Shown here one piece after another: positions 59,749-64,000 of a DNA stretch of 64,000 bases. Position numbers and translations under genes: made by a program. Every line of letters begins with the position of its first letter. Position 1 is the stretch's first letter. The notes under the pieces were generated by a model. That model was not told the DNA's origin. It did not search any database and worked only from the letters and a program-made list of their open reading frames with translations. Source of the DNA: a virus (taxonomy: Duplodnaviria; Heunggongvirae; Uroviricota; Caudoviricetes); the IMG/VR virus record IMGVR_UViG_3300031088_000799; one strand, written 5' to 3'.

Positions 59749-60450
59749 TTAAATATTAATCATGGCAGCAATCATATGTGAATCTTTTTCATTTTTTAGA
59801 AAATCTTCATAAGTAACCTCTTTGTTTCTGAAATAAAGAGCATGGGCAACTTTCTTTGGTTCATTAACAAGATCATTACACAATGCTTCAAAGTCATAAA
59901 TAACATCAACAATGCTTTTTGTATTACCATCAGCTATAATTCTTGTTTTAATGGTTGTGCAAATACGGTGATTATCTTCATCAACAAAAAAACTAGAGTT
60001 AAAGAAAATATCATTCCTAAATTCAATTTTATAGTCATCATTTAAATGATAGATTTTTTTAACCAACAATTGTTTATTAATCAGTTGTGGATCAATCCAA
60101 AACTCATAATAATTATAAGCACTAGGTAGACCATCAGATCGCATAGGAAAATATTCTAATTCGACAATACGTTGTTTTTCTAGATAAATTTCTATATTAA
60201 AAGTATAAAGAGTGTTCTCATTTTCAACAACGTAATTGGAAGCTTTAAAAATTTTGATAAAATAATTTTTTGAACCAAAAAAAATAGGTTTCAACTGTGT
60301 TAAGAAATCTACAATCCTTGGATTAATTTCCCTGTAGTCCACATGACTTTGAATATCAGCCAACATTTTATTCCAATCACGAGTTGGGAATTTTCGAAAA
60401 ATTGATTTAGACAATTTATAGTTTTCTGTAGTATGGAAATCAAGACTCAT
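59749..60450 (-). CDS. hypothetical protein, C-terminal motif family
   Basis: Ends HMIAAMINI. Confidence 0.8.
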   Translation of the reverse strand: MSLDFHTTENYKLSKSIFRKFPTRDWNKMLADIQSHVDYREINPRIVDFLTQLKPIFFGSKNYFIKIFKASNYVVENENTLYTFNIEIYLEKQRIVELEYFPMRSDGLPSAYNYYEFWIDPQLINKQLLVKKIYHLNDDYKIEFRNDIFFNSSFFVDEDNHRICTTIKTRIIADGNTKSIVDVIYDFEALCNDLVNEPKKVAHALYFRNKEVTYEDFLKNEKDSHMIAAMINI

Positions 60451-60589
60451 TATAACAGCTCCGTATCATAAATTGACAAAATTATACCATAATACTAGAC
60501 AAATTACAATAATTTTAAGATCCTAACAAACTAACGATTGACTAAAAAAAAAATAATTAATATAATAATTAATCAAAATGAGGTCTATT

Positions 60590-60817
60590 ATGAATGAAAC
60601 CGAACAAAGGTGTGATATTTGTGACGAAGTAAGTTCACCTGTCGAAATTATTGAGTTTAGAGAATTAAAAAGTTCTTCAAATATAGAATATATCAAAAGA
60701 TCTGCATTATGTTTAGTGTGTGGAACCAACTATGCATGTGCAAGCCATATGCATTTGAATAAACTTGAAATGCTTATTGCTAAGAAAAAAGAAAAAGCTC
60801 TGTCGAAACAGAGCTGA
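60590..60817 (+). CDS. small zinc-ribbon protein (MqsA/YgiT-type)
   Basis: CDIC ... CLVCG. Confidence 0.6.
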   Translation: MNETEQRCDICDEVSSPVEIIEFRELKSSSNIEYIKRSALCLVCGTNYACASHMHLNKLEMLIAKKKEKALSKQS

Positions 60818-60822
60818 GTTAC

Positions 60823-61443
60823 TTAAAGATCTTTATCATCTAGCCAAGCAAAAAATGATTTTATTGAAAATGGTGACTCTGAAAAACTATTATTAACTAA
60901 AAACGTATGACATCCCATGAATTTACATTTGCTAATGTTTTGACTATTATCATCAACCACCAATATTTCCATTGGATTAATATCTTCAAAATTGCTTTCA
61001 TACCAATGAATTACATGCTCAAAAGCTTCTTGGTCTGGTTTTGATTTGCCAATTTCAAAAGAATAGAAGCAATGATCAACATGTTTCGCTAAATATTTTT
61101 CAATAGGCTGAGCATATTCAGGAGCCAGATTCGATAATAAGACAACAGTATAATCTTCTCTCAATTCGTCCAATTTTTTACCAATATCTGATAAATAAGG
61201 TGTGATGTTTTTTAAGGCCAATTTCAATTCTAATTGTAAACTGTCTAGAGTTTCAGCAAGTACTTCATCACTGATATGTTTAGGGATAATACTACGCCAA
61301 TCAATGTTTTTTTCCGTCATCACTTTTCGGCGGAAATCTTTTGGATTAAGCCCAACAGCAGTTAAAAATTTGGTATGCGGATTACTCATAGTTGACGTTA
61401 GTAAAGTGCCATAACAGTCAAATATAATTAGTTTCTTTTTCAT
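60823..61443 (-). CDS. HAD-superfamily hydrolase
   Basis: IIFDCYGTL, LLSN, SFEIGKSKPD..AF, VVDD. Confidence 0.9.
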   Translation of the reverse strand: MKKKLIIFDCYGTLLTSTMSNPHTKFLTAVGLNPKDFRRKVMTEKNIDWRSIIPKHISDEVLAETLDSLQLELKLALKNITPYLSDIGKKLDELREDYTVVLLSNLAPEYAQPIEKYLAKHVDHCFYSFEIGKSKPDQEAFEHVIHWYESNFEDINPMEILVVDDNSQNISKCKFMGCHTFLVNNSFSESPFSIKSFFAWLDDKDL

Positions 61444-61508
61444 TTTAAATACTCCCTTTCATTTTTGATTATACACGAACATAAGACAAAAACAAGTTTT
61501 TTAATTGG

Positions 61509-61537
61509 TTGATATTTTCAATAAAATAAACTATAAT
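61509..61537 (+). promoter_or_regulatory. sigma70-type promoter
   Basis: TTGATA-17-TATAAT. Confidence 0.65.
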
Positions 61538-61581
61538 ATCGAAATAAATAGTATAACTCAGATTTTAAATAGGAGTGAATT

Positions 61582-62121
61582 ATGTTAAAATATTTTCCAC
61601 TAAGAAAACAAAACATTACCATTAACAACAGTAATACAGCATTCTTAACTTCTTACAAGGAAACTACAGAAATTCCCGTTTCACCGCATCCGGGGTCTTT
61701 TGGTTATGTGCGTAAAAATCATATTCATGAAGGTGTTGATCTTTATGCGGAAGAAGGTGATGATGTTATTGCTATAGAGAAAGGAAAAATTTTAAAAATA
61801 ATTCCATTTACTGGCGAGATTACTAATACCCCTTGGTGGAATAATACATATGCCATCTTTGTTGAACATAATGATTGCATCATTAACTATGGAGAACTTA
61901 TTCCAGTAGAGCACTTAAAAGAAGGCGATACTATTCAAGCAGGTGAAGTGATTGGTCATATTCGAACAGTTTTATTAAAAGACAAAGGTAGACCAATGGC
62001 TATGTTACACATTGAAATGTATAAATCAACAGCGACTTCACCTGTTACTGAATGGGCACTCAATGCATCTAAACCACCGTATTTGCTTGACCCAACCGAT
62101 TTGTTAAAGTCATTAATTTAA
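61582..62121 (+). CDS. M23-family metallopeptidase (no signal peptide)
   Basis: FGYVRKNHIHEGVDLY (HxxxD), V.AIEKG, G..I.AGEVIG, MLHIE, DP. Confidence 0.85.
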   Translation: MLKYFPLRKQNITINNSNTAFLTSYKETTEIPVSPHPGSFGYVRKNHIHEGVDLYAEEGDDVIAIEKGKILKIIPFTGEITNTPWWNNTYAIFVEHNDCIINYGELIPVEHLKEGDTIQAGEVIGHIRTVLLKDKGRPMAMLHIEMYKSTATSPVTEWALNASKPPYLLDPTDLLKSLI

Positions 62122-62156
62122 TAAACTTGTCAATTACTTTTTTATTGGAATCTTGA

Positions 62157-62185
62157 TTGATTTTTTTAATTGTTACAGGTATAAT
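62157..62185 (+). promoter_or_regulatory. sigma70-type promoter
   Basis: TTGATT-17-TATAAT. Confidence 0.65.
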
Positions 62186-62210
62186 CATCGAAATTGTTAA
62201 GGAGATTTAA

Positions 62211-64000
62211 ATGTTTAATAAAGACTTATTTGAACCAAAAGCTACTGATAAAGAAACCTTTCTGTCTGTTTTTGAAAATTATAAACTTTGGATTTATGAT
62301 TATATCAAAAATAATAAAGGCATTAAATTTAAAGACTACAAAAAAGAAGAAGATATTCAATCTAAAGCATTGTCTGACATGTTTATTCGTTATAGTTATC
62401 TTTCAAGCGTAAAAAAGACTGATGAAACCAGCGATTTTTATGAATTTATGATCAAAGAGTATGAAAAACACTCTGATCCATTTAGCCAAGATCCCGAACA
62501 TTATGAGTTTATTAAATCTCTTATCACTGAAAATGAAACCGAAGAACGTTTGAAAAAACGATACCTTGAAAGCTTTGAGAAGTCTGGTATTAATTTACCA
62601 AAAGACAAACAAGACGAACTCAACGCAATTAGTCAAGAATTATCATCTGCTCAAATGCTATTTAGCAAAAACCTTATCGATTCTAAAAAAGAATGGTCAT
62701 ACGTCCTTACACCAGAAGTAAAAGCTACATTATCAGAAACAGATCTTGAAGCGTTTAAAGAAATTGATGGTCAATTGGTTATGAAATTTAATCAGAATAC
62801 CATGGGTGACCTTATGGTTAAGTCCACTTCTGACGAATTGAAAAAAATTCTCTATGAAGCCAGTGGTTATCCGGGTTCACCACGTTCTAATTTTGATAAC
62901 ACTGAAGTTACCAAGAAAATTTTGAATTTGAAGCAATCTATTGCCAATATTATGGGTTACAAATCGTATACTGAAATGGCTTTGGAAGATCGTATGGCTC
63001 CAACTTATGAAACAGTTGCTCAATTCCTTAATCGAATTAAAGAAAAGATGCAACCTTTGGCAAAAGTTGAATACGAAGCCCTTAATCGTTTTGTAAAACA
63101 AGAATTTGGCATCAATGATATTCCAAAGTGGAATCGTAGTTATTATGGCAACATTAAAAAAGAACAACTATTGAAATATGAATTCAATATGGAGCGTCCT
63201 TATTTCAATAAAGAACGTGTATTTGAAGGTGTGTTTAATCTTGTTGAAAAACTTTTTGGATTTACTTTTGTAAAAGACACTGAATCTTTCAATCTACCTT
63301 ATGAAGATACTGAATGTTTCAAAGTCTATGAAGGTGATGTATTAAAAGCTCGTCTTATTGTAGATATGTATGAACGTGAACTGAAAGGAAGTGGGGCTTG
63401 GGTATCTGGCATGTCTGGTGTAACACTTGATGATGTAGGCTTAGTTTCACTTTGCTGTAATATTAATAAAAAAGACATTGGTATGGATATTGATGAAATT
63501 GTTACTTTCTTACATGAAATGGGACATGCAGTTCATCATTTTAGTTCAAAAGTACAATATTCTGACATGGCAGGGACCAGTGGTATGGCTCGGGATGCTG
63601 TTGAAATTCCAAGTCAAATGCTAGAACAATTTGCTTATGATACTGAGTTCTTACTTTCTGTATCATCACATATTGAAACAGGTGAGAAAATTCCACAAAG
63701 CATGTTAGATGCCATTATTGCATCTAAAAATTATAACGTAGGTAGCATGTATGCCCGTCAATTGGTTTTGGCTACTTTTGACATTAACCTTTATAACACA
63801 TTTGATGGTGATATTACTGAGTTTTATAAATCAATTGCAAATGAAATTCTACCATCACGAGTAGACGAAGATACATCGTTCCCTAATACGTTTGGGCATA
63901 TTTTTGCAGGTGGATATAGTGCTGGATACTATGGATACATGTGGGCTGATATTTATTCAGTGGATGCGTTCATGCATGTAATTGAAGATAAAGAAAAGAA
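62211..64000 (+). CDS. prlC: oligopeptidase A (M3A metallopeptidase), runs off the window end
   Basis: Absent from the ORF track (no stop); AAGGAG SD plus ATG at 62211; in-frame KGSGAW, TFLHEMGHAVH, DAVEIPSQMLE, FGHIFAGGYSAGYYGYMWA. Confidence 0.92.
   Translation, partial: MFNKDLFEPKATDKETFLSVFENYKLWIYDYIKNNKGIKFKDYKKEEDIQSKALSDMFIRYSYLSSVKKTDETSDFYEFMIKEYEKHSDPFSQDPEHYEFIKSLITENETEERLKKRYLESFEKSGINLPKDKQDELNAISQELSSAQMLFSKNLIDSKKEWSYVLTPEVKATLSETDLEAFKEIDGQLVMKFNQNTMGDLMVKSTSDELKKILYEASGYPGSPRSNFDNTEVTKKILNLKQSIANIMGYKSYTEMALEDRMAPTYETVAQFLNRIKEKMQPLAKVEYEALNRFVKQEFGINDIPKWNRSYYGNIKKEQLLKYEFNMERPYFNKERVFEGVFNLVEKLFGFTFVKDTESFNLPYEDTECFKVYEGDVLKARLIVDMYERELKGSGAWVSGMSGVTLDDVGLVSLCCNINKKDIGMDIDEIVTFLHEMGHAVHHFSSKVQYSDMAGTSGMARDAVEIPSQMLEQFAYDTEFLLSVSSHIETGEKIPQSMLDAIIASKNYNVGSMYARQLVLATFDINLYNTFDGDITEFYKSIANEILPSRVDEDTSFPNTFGHIFAGGYSAGYYGYMWADIYSVDAFMHVIEDKEK

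Noticed and set aside
4654-61414. Numerous 60-145 aa ORFs nested in or antisense to longer genes (e.g. 4654, 5748, 10579, 34462, 52521, 56468)
   Set aside because: They overlap better-supported CDSs and lack SD sequences or recognisable motifs.
62194-63167. ORFs 62194-62412 (+) and 62877-63167 (-)
   Set aside because: They are alternative-frame or antisense shadows of the oligopeptidase A gene.
1-64000. Genome-wide TAG recoding suggested by the CUA tRNA
   Set aside because: Known enzymes are uninterrupted in code 11 and coding density is high; TAG acts as a normal stop next to a terminator or convergent gene (22493, 38696).
1-64000. Definitive phage versus plasmid assignment
   Set aside because: No capsid, terminase, tail, rep/par or intact conjugation genes are recognisable in this window.

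Overview
This is a very AT-rich window (under ~30% GC by eye), densely coding and mostly on the minus strand. It looks like part of a giant extrachromosomal element (jumbo phage or megaplasmid), probably with a Pseudomonas-like host: it carries a clear OprH homolog and Pseudomonas-type envelope genes. I recognise no virion, replication, IS or CRISPR genes. It holds a 7-tRNA cluster: Thr, Asn, two identical Ile2(CAU), Leu, Arg and an imperfect CUA amber-suppressor-type tRNA, plus a candidate structured ncRNA. Recognisable genes are CysRS, a catalytic-domain-only AlaRS, a Thg1-like protein, PncA, NADAR, a diiron-oxidase/BtaA-like fusion next to a GNAT, PcfJ-like proteins, a HAD hydrolase, an M23 peptidase and an oligopeptidase A that runs off the window end. 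The main unexplained signal is that about 25 otherwise dissimilar hypothetical proteins spread across the window end in the same C-terminal motif, [VIL]-x-x-M-x-x-[IYFV]-COOH. A second set of larger proteins ends in basic K/R/P tails. Together with degenerate DotL/TraD-like and PilT/DotB-like ATPase fragments, this suggests an undescribed C-terminal addressing (export, packaging or docking) system. All protein calls come from motif recognition by eye; no searches were run.
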